A stretch of DNA of 64,000 bases from Paraspadella gotoi. Its lineage: Eukaryota; Animalia; Chaetognatha. Positions 26,847 through 42,740 of this stretch are shown piece by piece. A program made the position numbers and the translations under genes. The stretch spans positions 3,868,610-3,932,609 of the forward strand of contig CM119271.1 in the NCBI GenBank assembly GCA_051294375.1, in the 5' to 3' direction. A model generated the notes under the pieces. That model did no database searches and was not told the origin of the DNA. It worked only from the letters and a program-made list of their open reading frames with translations. Every line of letters begins with the position of its first letter. Within the stretch, counting starts at the first letter, position 1.

Positions 26847-27472
26847 TATCATAATTATCATCATTATCACAGCAATATACAATTGTTTTTTTCATTGTCA
26901 AATGCATCACTGAGTTTCTTTTTCACTGTTATCACCTTCGACTCATGCAATTACGATCGGCATTCCCTTTGTAGACACACGAAATGTAAACCATCAAGTT
27001 TAGTAACGAAAAGAGTAACTTTATTTCTCAATAAAAAAAAAAAAAAAAAAAAAGTCAAAAACCCGTTAATCAACTTAATGCGATCGTTCCGTCGAGATCG
27101 ACACCGGGTCATTCCACGCGATGAAAATCGTCGCGCGATGAATAAAAAAAAACGTGATCTGGAACGATGATGACGATGATGACGATGATGGCGACGATGA
27201 CGACGATGACAAAGATGGCGACGATGACAAAGAGGGCGACGATGACGATGATGGCGACGATGACGAAGATGACGATGATGACGATGACTAAGACATTGAC
27301 GATGATGACGATGATGACGATGACGACGATGACGATACGACGATGACGAGGATGATAATAGCGAGTCTGTCATTCGTTGCTAAGGCGGCGAGGGGGAGAC
27401 TGGATGTCGTTGATTGGGGTACAGGGGTACAGGGTACAGGGGTACAGGGGTACAGGGTACAGGGGTACAGGG
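26815..27472. repeat. (CAT)n, (GAT/GAC)n and (GGGGTACA)n simple repeats
   Basis: (CAT)n 26815-26870, (GAY)n 27165-27355, GGG(G)TACA x7 at 27416-27472; duplicated at +12164. Confidence 0.9.
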
Positions 27473-27914
27473 CCTGAGGAGCCAAAGAAATGCATATAAG
27501 GCGAAGGGCGAACGCGAAGGAAAGAAGCCGACGATTTTCCGGTCCAAAGGCGAATGATGATCTTTCGAGGCGAAGAAAGAATTGACGAATGAACGACGAT
27601 GACGTCGCGATGAATGAAAGATGAATGAAAGATGAATGAGGAATTCGCGAGGATGAATGATTGCCGATGTGAGTTGGCGAATCGACGAGCGACCGAGTTT
27701 TGTAATAAATTTTTAATAATATTGTCGTAATAAAGTACGATGAAAGACCACTCAAAAAAATAAAATTTTAGAAGAATTTCATTTATTACAAAATACATTA
27801 AACAATTAGTATGAGGAACGAGTGAAACGTGAAGATCGGCCTTGCTGAACTTTTGATCGGAGAAAGTTACAATAAATTTTATTACGTAGTACAATATATA
27901 CATAAATATTGGTA

Positions 27915-28025
27915 TTGGTGATGGAGTCCTTAAACCACCAAAGCCTGTCCAAAGTCAGGGGCAAGATAGCTTATTTATTAAATGAATGGATAATTTTTAT
28001 ATTGGGTTGTACCAATTTCATATAT
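27915..28025. repeat. Short dispersed repeat with an inverted diverged partner at ~37433-37525
   Basis: GTGATGGAGTCCTTAAACCACCAAAGCCTGTCCAAAGTCAGGGGCAAGATAGCT matches the reverse complement of AGCTATCTCGCCCCTGACTTTGAACAGGCTTTGGTGGTTTAAGGCCTCCATCAC. Confidence 0.75.
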
Positions 28026-29011
28026 TATCTGTGACAGTATAAGGACCATTTTTACACACTACAAGCTGCATTATTACTTGCTTTTCTTCCTTCCCGCATC
28101 CATTTTTCTCGCTATTTTTGCTTTATCGGCTTTTGCTTTTCTTCTTTCTCGCCATCCCCTTGCTTAATCAGCTTTGCTTCTCTTTATTCGAAACTTCTGA
28201 CCCAAAACAACGACGCCGTTACGAATCTACGGACGTCATTTCGAATCGACACCCGAAAAAAAAAAAAAAAACTGGCGTCGTCAGAAATCCATTCTCATCG
28301 TTCACAATTTCGATCGTTTCCCACAAAATCCGTTTTTCACGTCGAACGTTGAACCGAGTGAGAAAAAAGTTTAATCGTCGAAAATTGAAAACGTCAGGCG
28401 AAACAAAGCGTTTTGAGTCGAGCGCCGACTAGCGGGAGAAACGCTACGCCACCCCCTGGCGGGTAAAAGGCGCTGAAAAGTTTGACGCCGGGGAAAAACG
28501 ATTGCCGCCATTTTTCACGCGACGTTGAACGCGGAAAGAATGAGAACGAGGGAGAAAAGATCAACCGACGTGAGAAGGAAACCGATGGCGACAAAGACGA
28601 CGAAAAGAATGAATAAGAAAAAAGAGTAAGTTATAGTAAGTAACATAGTAATAGAAACGAAAGTTAAAAACTACGAAGGAAAATGTAGAAAAGGAAAAAC
28701 AGAACAGCAAATAACAAAAGAAACAGATGGTAAGACCTTGACGAAAATGACGCGAAAAAATCGCACAAAACAAACAACAACAACAATAACAACAACAACA
28801 ACAGCATAACGACCAGGCAACAGAAGATGCGTTTTCTAATTTTCCAAAAATTTGTAAATTTGTCAGGTTTATTACGAAACTTATTTATGACTATACTTTA
28901 AAATATTTATATGAACTAAACTTAACTGCCAGTCACTTAACTGCCAGTAACTGAACTGCCATCAAAATAAAGATTGCTTCTCGTTTTTAAATTTAATTTC
29001 AAGAAAGAATA

Positions 29012-29113
<102 letters not shown>

Positions 29114-29389
29114 GCAATTGCGACGAACGTCAAGTTTCGATATAACGAATGTCAGAGTTTGCGAGGGCATAGATTTAGGATACCGTCCGACCGCCGCAGA
29201 AACCGGATCTGCCGCTGCGTTGCGCGTCGTAACCTTCTTTTCCTTTTTTTTCTTTCCTTCAAATCTGGAAATCAAATCGAAATTTTAATTTTTAATCTTT
29301 CGGTGGGGAAAAAGTCTCATTTTTCTTCGGCTGTGGGAGAGCAAGGGAGGAAATGGAGGAAAGGAAAGAAGGAGAATGGGAGGGGAGAG

Positions 29390-29446
<57 letters not shown>

Positions 29447-30189
29447 GGAGACAACGAACAGCGGATGGAACAACGAAGAAAAATATTTGCGTTGAAAGGA
29501 AAAAGGAGAAGGGAGGAAAGGGAGGAAGAACGGGCGACGACTCGGAGGCAAATATTGGAATCGAAAGGAAAATGAAAATAAGAAAAGAAACTGAGATTGT
29601 GGAAAGTGGGGAATGGGAGAGAAAAGAGAGAGGAAAAAGAGAGGAAAAAGAGAGGAAAAAAGAGAGGAATCATTGAGGAAAAAATAGAAAAAACGAGAGG
29701 AGAAAGAGAAAGAAAGGAACAAGAGAGAGAAAAGAGAGAGGAAAGAGAGAAAAGAAAGAATAAAAAGAGAAAGAGAGAAGAGAAAGAGAAAGAAAAGAGG
29801 GAGAAAAAGAGAGGAAAGAAAGAAGAAAAATAGAAAAAAGAGAGGAAAAGAGAAGAAAGGAACAAGAAAGAAAAAGAGAAGAAAAAAGAGAAAAGAAAGA
29901 AGAAAATAGTAGAAAAAGAGAGGAAAGGGAAAGATAAAGAAAAAATAAAAGGCGAGGAGAAAAAAGTGAGAAAATGGAACGAGCGTGCGACGTATTGTGA
30001 TGGAAAGAAAAAGATGAAGAATTAATTTCAGTGAAAAAATGTGAACGTCGTACATAAACTTCTCAACGATCACGTGACAGAAATCACGAAATAAGTCGTG
30101 GATCACGAGAAGGATCTTTGTTGAAACCGGGCGTGAATTAATTAATTCACTCGTGAAATGACCGAAGAACGGATGAAAAATATCGAAAA

Positions 30190-30262
<73 letters not shown>

Positions 30263-30467
30263 GTTTCTCTTGGCCTAAATTCGTATCGGGAAACTGATGC
30301 CACGAAATCCGTATGGAAAAGAACGAGGAGAGATGGAATCTTGCTGGTCACAGATGGAATCATATGGAATCGAAACGGTCGGAGATGAAAACATATAGAA
30401 CGTAGTAGATAAAACTAAACTCTTTATCTCTCTCTCTCTCTCTGTCTCTCTCTCTCTCTCTCTTTCT

Positions 30468-30576
<109 letters not shown>

Positions 30577-31475
30577 ATCCAGCGAAATTCATACACTAAA
30601 AGTCGAGTTTGGAAGGTCGGAGATTTGAAATTTATGTTTTCGAGTCGAGATTAGATTTTTCGTGTTTGTCGCTTCGCGCGAAAAGACGCATGCAGTCATG
30701 CACGCAAGTTATGACTCGTGATCGCACGCAAAGTCACGTGGGTGCACGTCGTCTCGTGATCGCACGCAAGGCCTTGTATCCGGTATCTCTGAAACTGAAA
30801 TAGAAGTCAAGTGATGTTCCAATCAACATTTATTTGTGTATTTTTTTCAGAAATTATGGTGTCCGAGAATTATATAAGCTTGATTTATACATACATGTTT
30901 TACTGGAGAGGGGTTATTATTACGCATAGGATTAAAATGATCATAAAATATTTTTTTTAGCTCTAAGAACAACAACTCAAAAAGTCAGGCCGACAATTTC
31001 TTCCACAATGTTGTTGAATAACAAAATACTAAGGTCTTCTCCATTTCCTCTCTCAGAGAGAAACACGAAACAGTTTTTTGTCTTTGGCACAAAACGTCGG
31101 ATCCTTGGAGAAGAAAATAATCGATACACGTGATCCTGGAAATTCAATTTTCTTCACGCGTGAAAAAATGTGGCGGAAAAAAAAAAAAAAGATTGGTTCG
31201 AGGTGAAATTGCATCTTCGTTCAGGAGGAATCTTTAAATAATTGAGTGAAGAGACATAAAAGGGAGAATATTGGATGTTATGCGAACGGGTGCGTTCGAA
31301 TACTGTAATTTGCGGTATTGGTTTTGCATATTGGAGACAGGTTTGCGCATTGCACACTGGGCAGGGGGCATATATTTCCTTACGCGTATCCAAAAATCGA
31401 TGGAAATTGGAACCTAAGATGGGCTTGGTCAATGGTCATGAAGTGACAGCTTTACTTCACGAACCACCGTGTCAC

Positions 31476-31514
<39 letters not shown>

Positions 31515-31515
31515 C

Positions 31516-31550
<35 letters not shown>

Positions 31551-33057
31551 TGATCACTCTATTAGTATTTTGCTCCCACCTTCCCAGAATCATCAAATCT
31601 AAATATCAAAAGCCGAGGATCGAACGAAAGCTTTGGACCCTCAGTTCTAGTGGACTGACTGTGATTCCATTTCAAATTTATAATAATGACCAAACATTAA
31701 CAACCAACGGAAACAGAAAGAGTTTCTTATGCAAACCAAAAAAAAATCATGAGAGACCAGAATGAGAATAAAAGTAAACAGTGGAGCTCAAATTACGTCA
31801 TGATTCGTTATGTCTGAAGATCGATTTTTGGGGCAAATCCCGAATATCAAAAGATTCAACACAAACCGTTCCTAAAATTGTAGACCGTAATTGACATTTG
31901 AACACAATAATTTTCATTGTTTGTAAACAATTACGCACACAAAAGTTTAGAGAATCAGGAAGAAGTAAACTTGGCAAAAAAAAATGTTGATGTTCCGATT
32001 TTTTTTAAAAATACAGAACGGTAATTCAATTTGTTTCGCCGCAGTGACTGCCCTATCTCGTATATTTCTTGTGACATGACATGACATGACATGACATGAC
32101 ATGACAATGACAAGTACGTACAACAAGACATATACTGAACTGACAGGATTCCTGAACGCGCGTACAGTCAGTAGATGATTTTTCCAAAAATGAACACAAC
32201 TATGGGCAAACAATAAGCGTTTTTCACGTAAGTGGGACAGACCAACGGACAGACATACGACCGACAGACAGACAGAACGACAGACAGAGACAGAACCAAC
32301 CAAAAGTGACCTAAAGAGTTGCTCCCAAGTACTCACGGAGCAACTAAAAAATTTGTCGTGTTTCCCCAAAGCCATTCTCATCGTTGATGAACTCGTGAAG
32401 GCAAAAAAGGGATGACATAATGAGAGTTTGGACGAAAAATACCTCAAAAGGGGGATAGGGGAGGGCGGGATAGGGAGGGCGGGATAGGGAAGGGGGGATA
32501 TGGGAAAAGCGACGGTGACAAAGACTTTAATGAGGATGAAGATGATAAAACTAACGACGCAAGTTATATGTCGAGGATTGTTTTGACTTTTTTTTATGAG
32601 TTGTGCCGTGAGTACTCTCGGAGCAACTCTATTATGTCACTTTTCAGTCTGTCTGATGGTCAGTCCTTTGGTTAGTCGGTCCGTGGCATGTTTTGTCTGT
32701 CGATCTGTCCCACTTAAGTTTAAAAAAATGCATGCTAATTTGCCTATAGTTGGTTTCTCATTTGTTAAGACAGAAAAAAACCTCAAATGTAAGAGACTGC
32801 TAGAGTCACCTTCAGGAAATCCTAAAACAATAAGGAATAAAAGATGGAGTTTAAATGCAGTGCATGTCCTAAATATATGGGCTAAGAAAGTTAATAAGTT
32901 ATTGTAGTCATATATTCATGTTATGTCACGTGATGGTCATGTCACGAGAAATACACGTGATAAGGGAGCACTTCGGCGCAACACATTTGGAATTACCGTC
33001 TTGTTTTTTTTACATTCTTTGTTCTCCTAGTCTTTTGACTTCATTTTCTATTCTCTT

Positions 33058-33102
<45 letters not shown>

Positions 33103-33369
33103 TATCTACTATCTATCTATCTACTTTATCATCTTCTTCTATCATTCTTCTCCCGCCCCTTCTTGCCAAAATACGAGCCGGTTTCCCAAATAGCAGCCGC
33201 CCTCACCAACATAAGCTCGGGCCCAGTCTTCAACTTAATCCACGCGAAAAAAGAAATGGTGTTTTGAAACCTTCTGGAGTTTTAACAGTTTCTGGTTTCG
33301 TCAATATTGATCGCTATAATAAAGGAATAATTCAATAAAGGAATAAAAAAAAATGGTAGAAAGAAATGA

Positions 33370-36353
33370 CACGGTTCCTTTTTACATTCGATTTACTCGG
33401 CCATGGAGTGCACAAGAATGAGATGTCCCGGGATACGTTTCCGGACCTTTGGGCTACACAAAAAAAGGTAATCAAATTTTTTCCTAATGACAGTTTTTTT
33501 ATAAATTAATATTAAAATTAGCTATATAAAATCAATAAAGTAGAATAAAAAAATTTAAAAATGGTTTAAATTTTTTTTAAAAATGAAAATATCATGCATC
33601 ATCCATAATCTATGAACAATTTTCTTTCGTTTGAGTCCATAACCATTATTCTATCTTTAATAGTTTATTTGTAATTATTTTTTTTTTTATTAAAATATTA
33701 TTTTAATTTTTTTTCAAATAATTTAAATTAAAAAAAATTATAACTATGCCAAATGATTGAAGAAAAATTTTATATTATAAGGGACTTACCTACCTAATAT
33801 AGGCCTTCAAATACATATATAGTAAGTTCATTATAATGATGTTTTGACATAGAAAATAAATAATTTATAAAATTAAATATATGAAAAAATTTTAACTTTG
33901 AATTTTTTTTTAGCATAATAAACATAATTATTAATTAATTGTTCATGATGCTTTTAATAGCTACTGGTCAGTTGTATCATTCTCAATTATAATAATTTTT
34001 ATAACTTTTTTATTTTTAGTAATACTGACTGCTATATTTACTTACTTTTGACAAAATCCAAAAATTACTGGGTATTAAAAAATTATGTATGAAACAGACG
34101 AAAACTTTTTTTTAAATCACATGCTATTTAATTGTTTGAACTGATATAATATTATCCTTGGACAAAATTTAAAAAGTTTTAAACAATCCCAACTAAGACA
34201 TTTTTAAAGGTTGTCAAATGTATAAATATTTGATATTCGGACTGCTTTGTAGGTTTTAACTTAATTCAGTAGCCTCTTTTAATATGACAGAAAAGCAGTA
34301 TATTTAACAGTTTTTTTATTTGGAGTGGGCATCAAAGTTCTAACACATATTAACATCAGTATATTTGTTAAGTATAGTAGATTCCTCTATAGATTTTTTA
34401 ATTTTTGAAAACGTTTTTACTTTTTTTCCTATAATTTTTTGACACGCAAAACGTTTTTTTGAATTTACGCGAAAGAGAATGTAAAAAATTAAAAATAAAT
34501 AGTACCAATTAGTTAGATTTATGTCTAGAATAGATGAAAAAAAAACTTGTTTAAAAAATTTGATCGGAAGTGGGGTAACTAAGGCTTACCAACGGTATCC
34601 TCCATGCTGATCGTTCTCTCCTATAATTTTTTTTAATTTTAATACATTTGAAAGGGAAAAAAAGAAAATTCAGAATTCAGGTGGCATAAAGGGTAGAGAA
34701 AATCTGTACATAGTGACATGATAATAATGACCTTTTATGTCTTGCGTAATGGGGCAGTAAAGAAACCTTAAAAATGGCAATCATTAAGTCAGTCAATGAA
34801 CCCTTTTCGCGAATTTTTTTTTCTTAATTAAAATGGATGATAAATAATAGAATTAAATTCCCTTTATAAAGGTTGTTATATTTAAAAGAAAATTATCAAT
34901 ACAATTCAACACAATGATGTCTTGGCTTTGTCAAATATGTCAGCAGTTAAGTAATTTTTAAAATTTTATTATGATAAACAAGCAGTATATCAAGCTTTTT
35001 CTTTGCAGTTAAAGATAATGAAAATGATTATTTTTTTTCACAGACAAGAAGGTAGACGTCCAGACTGTTTATATCAAGCTGAAAACATTTTATTATTTAT
35101 CATTTTTTATATTTAAAAAACATTTTATCAAGCTACTACAAATTTTTTGCTTGTTTTTTACTTTAACTGAAAAATACAAAGCAAATTTATAAAGTAGAGA
35201 AAATTTAATGGTAATTAAAATGTAATTCCAGACTTTCCTCTTTTAATTTACAAAAGAAAAACAAAAATTTTATATGCCTTCATTGAAATTTGTAATGCAA
35301 AAAACTGTTATACTTTTAACTCGTATTTAAATAAAAACTGTGTAAAGATTTATGGATAAATTTAACAAAACTGTTCTAAGAAATATGTCCCATGATTAGG
35401 GCTTTAATTTGATACCACACCCACCTTGCTACTCTTTTTTTTCAAAAGATATTCAAGAAAATAACTTTTTTTTATTACTTTTTTGCATCTTGCAGTTTTT
35501 TTAAAAACAACCTAACTTTTGGCCTTAAAAATGTCTAGTTGGGATTGTTTAAAAACTTTTAAATTTTGTCCAAGGATAAATATTATAATCAGTTCAAACA
35601 ATTAATAGCATGTGATTTAAAAAAAAGTTTTTCGTCTGTTTCATACATAATTTTTAATACCAGTTAATTTTTGGATTTTGTCAAAAGTAAGTAAATATAG
35701 CAGTCAGTATTACTAAAAATAAAAAAAGTTATAAAATTATTATAATGAGAATAATACAACTGACCAGTAGCTATTAAAAGCATCATGAACAATTAATTAA
35801 TAATTATGTTTATTATGCTAAAAAAAAATTCAAAGTTAAATTTTTTTCATATATTTAATTTTATAAATTATTTATTTTCTATGTCAAAACATCATCATAA
35901 TAAAACTTACTATATATGTATTTGAAGGCCTATATTAGGTAGGTAAGTCCTTATAATATAAATTTTTCTTCAATCATTTGGCATAGTTATAATTTTTTTT
36001 AATTTAAATTATTTGAAAAATTAAAATAAATATTTTAATAAAGAAATTAATTACAAATAAACTATTAAAGATAGAATAATGGTTATGGACTCAAACGAAA
36101 GAAAATTGTTCATAGATTATGGATGATGCATGATATTTTTATTTTTAAAAAAATGAAACCATTTTTAAAATTTTTTTTATTCTACTTTATTGATTTTATA
36201 TAGCTAATTTTAATATTAATTTATAAAAAAACTGTCATTAGGAAAAATTTGATTACCCTTTTTTTGTGTAACCCAAGGTCCGGAAACGTATCCCGGGACA
36301 TCTTCATTCTTGTGCACTCCATGCCGAGTAAATCGATGTAAAAAGGAACCGTG
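33370..36353. mobile_element. Chapaev/CMC-like 2984-bp element in unit 2
   Basis: Same termini, length and ATGA TSD as 5016-7999. Confidence 0.88.
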
Positions 36354-36567
36354 ATGAAGAAATAAGCAGAAATAATACGAAAAAATGAATAAAATAATAA
36401 TAATAATAATAATAAAACAAAAAATCCGTCGGAAATAAAGGAACATAAGAGAAAAAAACACCGTCTCGTTCGACGATTGTCAGTCACATCAGAAATCTGA
36501 ATGATAATAGAAAGAAAGAAAGGAAAAAAAAAATTGATGGCTGAAGGACGTAAATATCCTTGAGAGA

Positions 36568-36633
<66 letters not shown>

Positions 36634-37039
36634 AGAAAAAAAGAGACAAAATGGCGATTAAGCTTCTAAGACTCGAAGTCGCGAAGAAACCAGATTTTTC
36701 TTCGTATTTTTCAGTTGCGTCAACGAGAGTTCTCGCGGTGCAAGTGACTTTTAGGTCGGTCCCATTGGTCTATCCAACTAACGCTTTAAATGATCATGAG
36801 TCTGGTAATATTGTATCAATTAAGTTTAAATCTGTAGGTAAGGTAATGTATCATGAGACCTTTTATGTTCATATGTATATACTTGTGCCGTAACGAGATG
36901 ACCTAAAAAAGCGATTACAAGACCAGAAATTTGATGCATCATAATTTATAAAATACTAAATTATTTTAGATAATACTTGATAGATTGATAAGTCTTTTGT
37001 ACTTCTATGAAATTAGTACAACCAATTGGTACAACCAAT

Positions 37040-37278
37040 ATATAAATATATGTGGAGAAGGCGCTACGTGGGCTGAAGATGACTGTCCGTAACTTCTATA
37101 ACCCCCTCTAACAGCCATGGAACGGGTCCCTGGGCATGGAACCAGGCTTGAGGGTTTGCCATGTCCTCAAGGCGGCTTACGGCTCCTCACGCTTCCCGCT
37201 GGGTAGGTACCGGGTTGGGATCGAACCCGGTACCTAGTGGTCATGAGCTGATGGCTTTACTCAATGAGCCACCGGGTC
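37040..37278 (-). mobile_element. Intact tRNA-derived SINE (~240 bp)
   Basis: Minus strand: GACCCGG-TGGCTCATTGAG (A box, 37260-37271)..CTCATGA loop..GGTTCGATCCC (B box, 37217-37227), tRNA-unrelated body, TA-rich tail; acceptor stem imperfect. Confidence 0.8.
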
Positions 37279-38650
37279 ACAACTGAGAGGGTCATGATTC
37301 TAGNNNNNNNNNNNNNNNNNNNNNNNNNGCGGGGTGAACCTAGGCAATGCCCGACTACATATATATCATACTTCCATAATCATATGATCATATAAAATAG
37401 AGTCACATGTATTTAAGTAAATGTGGAATATTTTATGAAATTGGTAAAACCAATATAAAAATTAATAAATCAGCTATCTCGCCCCTGACTTTGAACAGGC
37501 TTTGGTGGTTTAAGGCCTCCATCACTCTTACAAGATAATGACATAGCAGGTCCCTGCAAGCTTATGCAATATTTGTTTGTTTTAATTGAAAATTGGCAGA
37601 TAAGTGATCAACAATAAATTGTTTATTTGAAATAAATATGTACCACTTATATACTATATAGACATATAATTTCCCAAAAATGAATATAATAAGAAAATTA
37701 CTGCGGCATGATACATCGAAATTACTGTTCTTGTTTTTCAAATATTTTTTTTTTAAATCAAACATTTATTTTTAGTCAGAAGATTGTTAAGTCGGTGTGG
37801 GGGGGTTATTTAATTGGTCTGACCTTGGAGTGTTGGGTTGTTGATTAGGAATGGCACTGATACTTTGCTCGTCTGGTTCTGCAGATCTATACATCTTTTG
37901 TTGATAGCGATGGGTATTANNNNNNNNNNNNNNNNNNNNNNNNNACGACGGAGATTTGGATTCGAATACGTTTCCTCATTACTAATTTAATTTGTCATAT
38001 TTCTCGGGTATAATCCCATTTTTTAGGCTTTTTCCGCATGGCATCCAGGCAGATTCGCGCATTTTATGCGAGAGAATCAAGCTCAATATTGTCTTTCACA
38101 TTTCGTCAATTCCATCAAGAAAAAGGAACAAATGAAAATGGCCCCACATATGATTATATATCTTTTCATTCCCCGCGCTTTTTTTATTCTTATTGACTTT
38201 TATGTTTGTTAATCGGAAATGGTATTGAAGAAACTGTCATTAAAATTTATTTTTGTTTCACTTACTACTAAGCATTCACCGTGCTCGTGAGTAAAAATAT
38301 TTTCTCACTCTTTTTACGTAATATTCTTTAAAATTTTATTGATGATTTGTTGTCTTTTTTCAGATTTTGCTACAAAACTTTGTCTGCACTTTATTCTACT
38401 ATTTAAAGCAGAAACAGTATATTTTAGAATTAATTGTTAGAGAGAACAATAGGTTTTGATTTTACAAACGATTTATTGTTAAGAGACAACATGTTTCGGC
38501 TTGTTGCTTTTCAAGCCTTCATCACTAACACTAAATAGCAACAAAAAAGAAAAGTATTACAAATCAAGAATCAATTTGTATAATTATTTACATAATCTAG
38601 TCTAGAGAGCGATTCAAAGATACTACCTTGCTTCTCTGCCTTGGACATTT

Positions 38651-38710
<60 letters not shown>

Positions 38711-38973
38711 ACCTATTTTTATTCTTTGCAAATAGAAATAAGTATCGATTAATCGATTGTAGCATTGACTATTGTTGTGGAATTGTTGTTTTTTATTAAC
38801 GAACCTTTTTACTGTACCCAAAAGGTCATGCAGTCCGCAGAAAGCGTTCCCGGGCCGTATCCCTAGATCCATCATTCATTCATTCTCTCTCACTCTTTCT
38901 TTCTCTGCTCTTTTTCAACGTTTATAAATTTTTGCCCAATGCCCTAAATTCCATCTCATAGAATCCAACATAT

Positions 38974-39010
<37 letters not shown>

Positions 39011-41175
39011 TATCATAATTATCATCATTATCACAGCAATATACAATTGTTTTTTTCATTGTCAAATGCATCACTGAGTTTCTTTTTCACTGTTATCACC
39101 TTCGACTCATGCAATTACGATCGGCATTCCCTTTGTAGACACACGAAATGTAAACCATCAAGTTTAGTAACGAAAAGAGTAACTTTATTTCTCAATAAAA
39201 AAAAAAAAAAAAAAAAAGTCAAAAACCCGTTAATCAACTTAATGCGATCGTTCCGTCGAGATCGACACCGGGTCATTCCACGCGATGAAAATCGTCGCGC
39301 GATGAATAAAAAAAAACGTGATCTGGAACGATGATGACGATGATGACGATGATGGCGACGATGACGACGATGACAAAGATGGCGACGATGACAAAGAGGG
39401 CGACGATGACGATGATGGCGACGATGACGAAGATGACGATGATGACGATGACTAAGACATTGACGATGATGACGATGATGACGATGACGACGATGACGAT
39501 ACGACGATGACGAGGATGATAATAGCGAGTCTGTCATTCGTTGCTAAGGCGGCGAGGGGGAGACTGGATGTCGTTGATTGGGGTACAGGGGTACAGGGTA
39601 CAGGGGTACAGGGGTACAGGGTACAGGGGTACAGGGCCTGAGGAGCCAAAGAAATGCATATAAGGCGAAGGGCGAACGCGAAGGAAAGAAGCCGACGATT
39701 TTCCGGTCCAAAGGCGAATGATGATCTTTCGAGGCGAAGAAAGAATTGACGAATGAACGACGATGACGTCGCGATGAATGAAAGATGAATGAAAGATGAA
39801 TGAGGAATTCGCGAGGATGAATGATTGCCGATGTGAGTTGGCGAATCGACGAGCGACCGAGTTTTGTAATAAATTTTTAATAATATTGTCGTAATAAAGT
39901 ACGATGAAAGACCACTCAAAAAAATAAAATTTTAGAAGAATTTCATTTATTACAAAATACATTAAACAATTAGTATGAGGAACGAGTGAAACGTGAAGAT
40001 CGGCCTTGCTGAACTTTTGATCGGAGAAAGTTACAATAAATTTTATTACGTAGTACAATATATACATAAATATTGGTATTGGTGATGGAGTCCTTAAACC
40101 ACCAAAGCCTGTCCAAAGTCAGGGGCAAGATAGCTTATTTATTAAATGAATGGATAATTTTTATATTGGGTTGTACCAATTTCATATATTATCTGTGACA
40201 GTATAAGGACCATTTTTACACACTACAAGCTGCATTATTACTTGCTTTTCTTCCTTCCCGCATCCATTTTTCTCGCTATTTTTGCTTTATCGGCTTTTGC
40301 TTTTCTTCTTTCTCGCCATCCCCTTGCTTAATCAGCTTTGCTTCTCTTTATTCGAAACTTCTGACCCAAAACAACGACGCCGTTACGAATCTACGGACGT
40401 CATTTCGAATCGACACCCGAAAAAAAAAAAAAAAACTGGCGTCGTCAGAAATCCATTCTCATCGTTCACAATTTCGATCGTTTCCCACAAAATCCGTTTT
40501 TCACGTCGAACGTTGAACCGAGTGAGAAAAAAGTTTAATCGTCGAAAATTGAAAACGTCAGGCGAAACAAAGCGTTTTGAGTCGAGCGCCGACTAGCGGG
40601 AGAAACGCTACGCCACCCCCTGGCGGGTAAAAGGCGCTGAAAAGTTTGACGCCGGGGAAAAACGATTGCCGCCATTTTTCACGCGACGTTGAACGCGGAA
40701 AGAATGAGAACGAGGGAGAAAAGATCAACCGACGTGAGAAGGAAACCGATGGCGACAAAGACGACGAAAAGAATGAATAAGAAAAAAGAGTAAGTTATAG
40801 TAAGTAACATAGTAATAGAAACGAAAGTTAAAAACTACGAAGGAAAATGTAGAAAAGGAAAAACAGAACAGCAAATAACAAAAGAAACAGATGGTAAGAC
40901 CTTGACGAAAATGACGCGAAAAAATCGCACAAAACAAACAACAACAACAATAACAACAACAACAACAGCATAACGACCAGGCAACAGAAGATGCGTTTTC
41001 TAATTTTCCAAAAATTTGTAAATTTGTCAGGTTTATTACGAAACTTATTTATGACTATACTTTAAAATATTTATATGAACTAAACTTAACTGCCAGTCAC
41101 TTAACTGCCAGTAACTGAACTGCCATCAAAATAAAGATTGCTTCTCGTTTTTAAATTTAATTTCAAGAAAGAATA

Positions 41176-41277
<102 letters not shown>

Positions 41278-41553
41278 GCAATTGCGACGAACGTCAAGTT
41301 TCGATATAACGAATGTCAGAGTTTGCGAGGGCATAGATTTAGGATACCGTCCGACCGCCGCAGAAACCGGATCTGCCGCTGCGTTGCGCGTCGTAACCTT
41401 CTTTTCCTTTTTTTTCTTTCCTTCAAATCTGGAAATCAAATCGAAATTTTAATTTTTAATCTTTCGGTGGGGAAAAAGTCTCATTTTTCTTCGGCTGTGG
41501 GAGAGCAAGGGAGGAAATGGAGGAAAGGAAAGAAGGAGAATGGGAGGGGAGAG

Positions 41554-41610
<57 letters not shown>

Positions 41611-42353
41611 GGAGACAACGAACAGCGGATGGAACAACGAAGAAAAATATTTGCGTTGAAAGGAAAAAGGAGAAGGGAGGAAAGGGAGGAAGAACGGGCG
41701 ACGACTCGGAGGCAAATATTGGAATCGAAAGGAAAATGAAAATAAGAAAAGAAACTGAGATTGTGGAAAGTGGGGAATGGGAGAGAAAAGAGAGAGGAAA
41801 AAGAGAGGAAAAAGAGAGGAAAAAAGAGAGGAATCATTGAGGAAAAAATAGAAAAAACGAGAGGAGAAAGAGAAAGAAAGGAACAAGAGAGAGAAAAGAG
41901 AGAGGAAAGAGAGAAAAGAAAGAATAAAAAGAGAAAGAGAGAAGAGAAAGAGAAAGAAAAGAGGGAGAAAAAGAGAGGAAAGAAAGAAGAAAAATAGAAA
42001 AAAGAGAGGAAAAGAGAAGAAAGGAACAAGAAAGAAAAAGAGAAGAAAAAAGAGAAAAGAAAGAAGAAAATAGTAGAAAAAGAGAGGAAAGGGAAAGATA
42101 AAGAAAAAATAAAAGGCGAGGAGAAAAAAGTGAGAAAATGGAACGAGCGTGCGACGTATTGTGATGGAAAGAAAAAGATGAAGAATTAATTTCAGTGAAA
42201 AAATGTGAACGTCGTACATAAACTTCTCAACGATCACGTGACAGAAATCACGAAATAAGTCGTGGATCACGAGAAGGATCTTTGTTGAAACCGGGCGTGA
42301 ATTAATTAATTCACTCGTGAAATGACCGAAGAACGGATGAAAAATATCGAAAA

Positions 42354-42426
<73 letters not shown>

Positions 42427-42631
42427 GTTTCTCTTGGCCTAAATTCGTATCGGGAAACTGATGCCACGAAATCCGTATGGAAAAGAACGAGGAGAGATGG
42501 AATCTTGCTGGTCACAGATGGAATCATATGGAATCGAAACGGTCGGAGATGAAAACATATAGAACGTAGTAGATAAAACTAAACTCTTTATCTCTCTCTC
42601 TCTCTCTGTCTCTCTCTCTCTCTCTCTTTCT

Positions 42632-42740
<109 letters not shown>

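Noticed and set aside
26951-27903. His/Arg-rich, Asp-rich and PCTP-repeat ORFs
   Set aside because: Derived from (GAY)n and (GGGGTACA)n simple repeats; no splice or domain support.
37205-37278. Functional tRNA-Met gene (CAT loop)
   Set aside because: Acceptor and T stems pair poorly, and the sequence continues into a ~165-bp body with a TA tail; better read as a SINE head.
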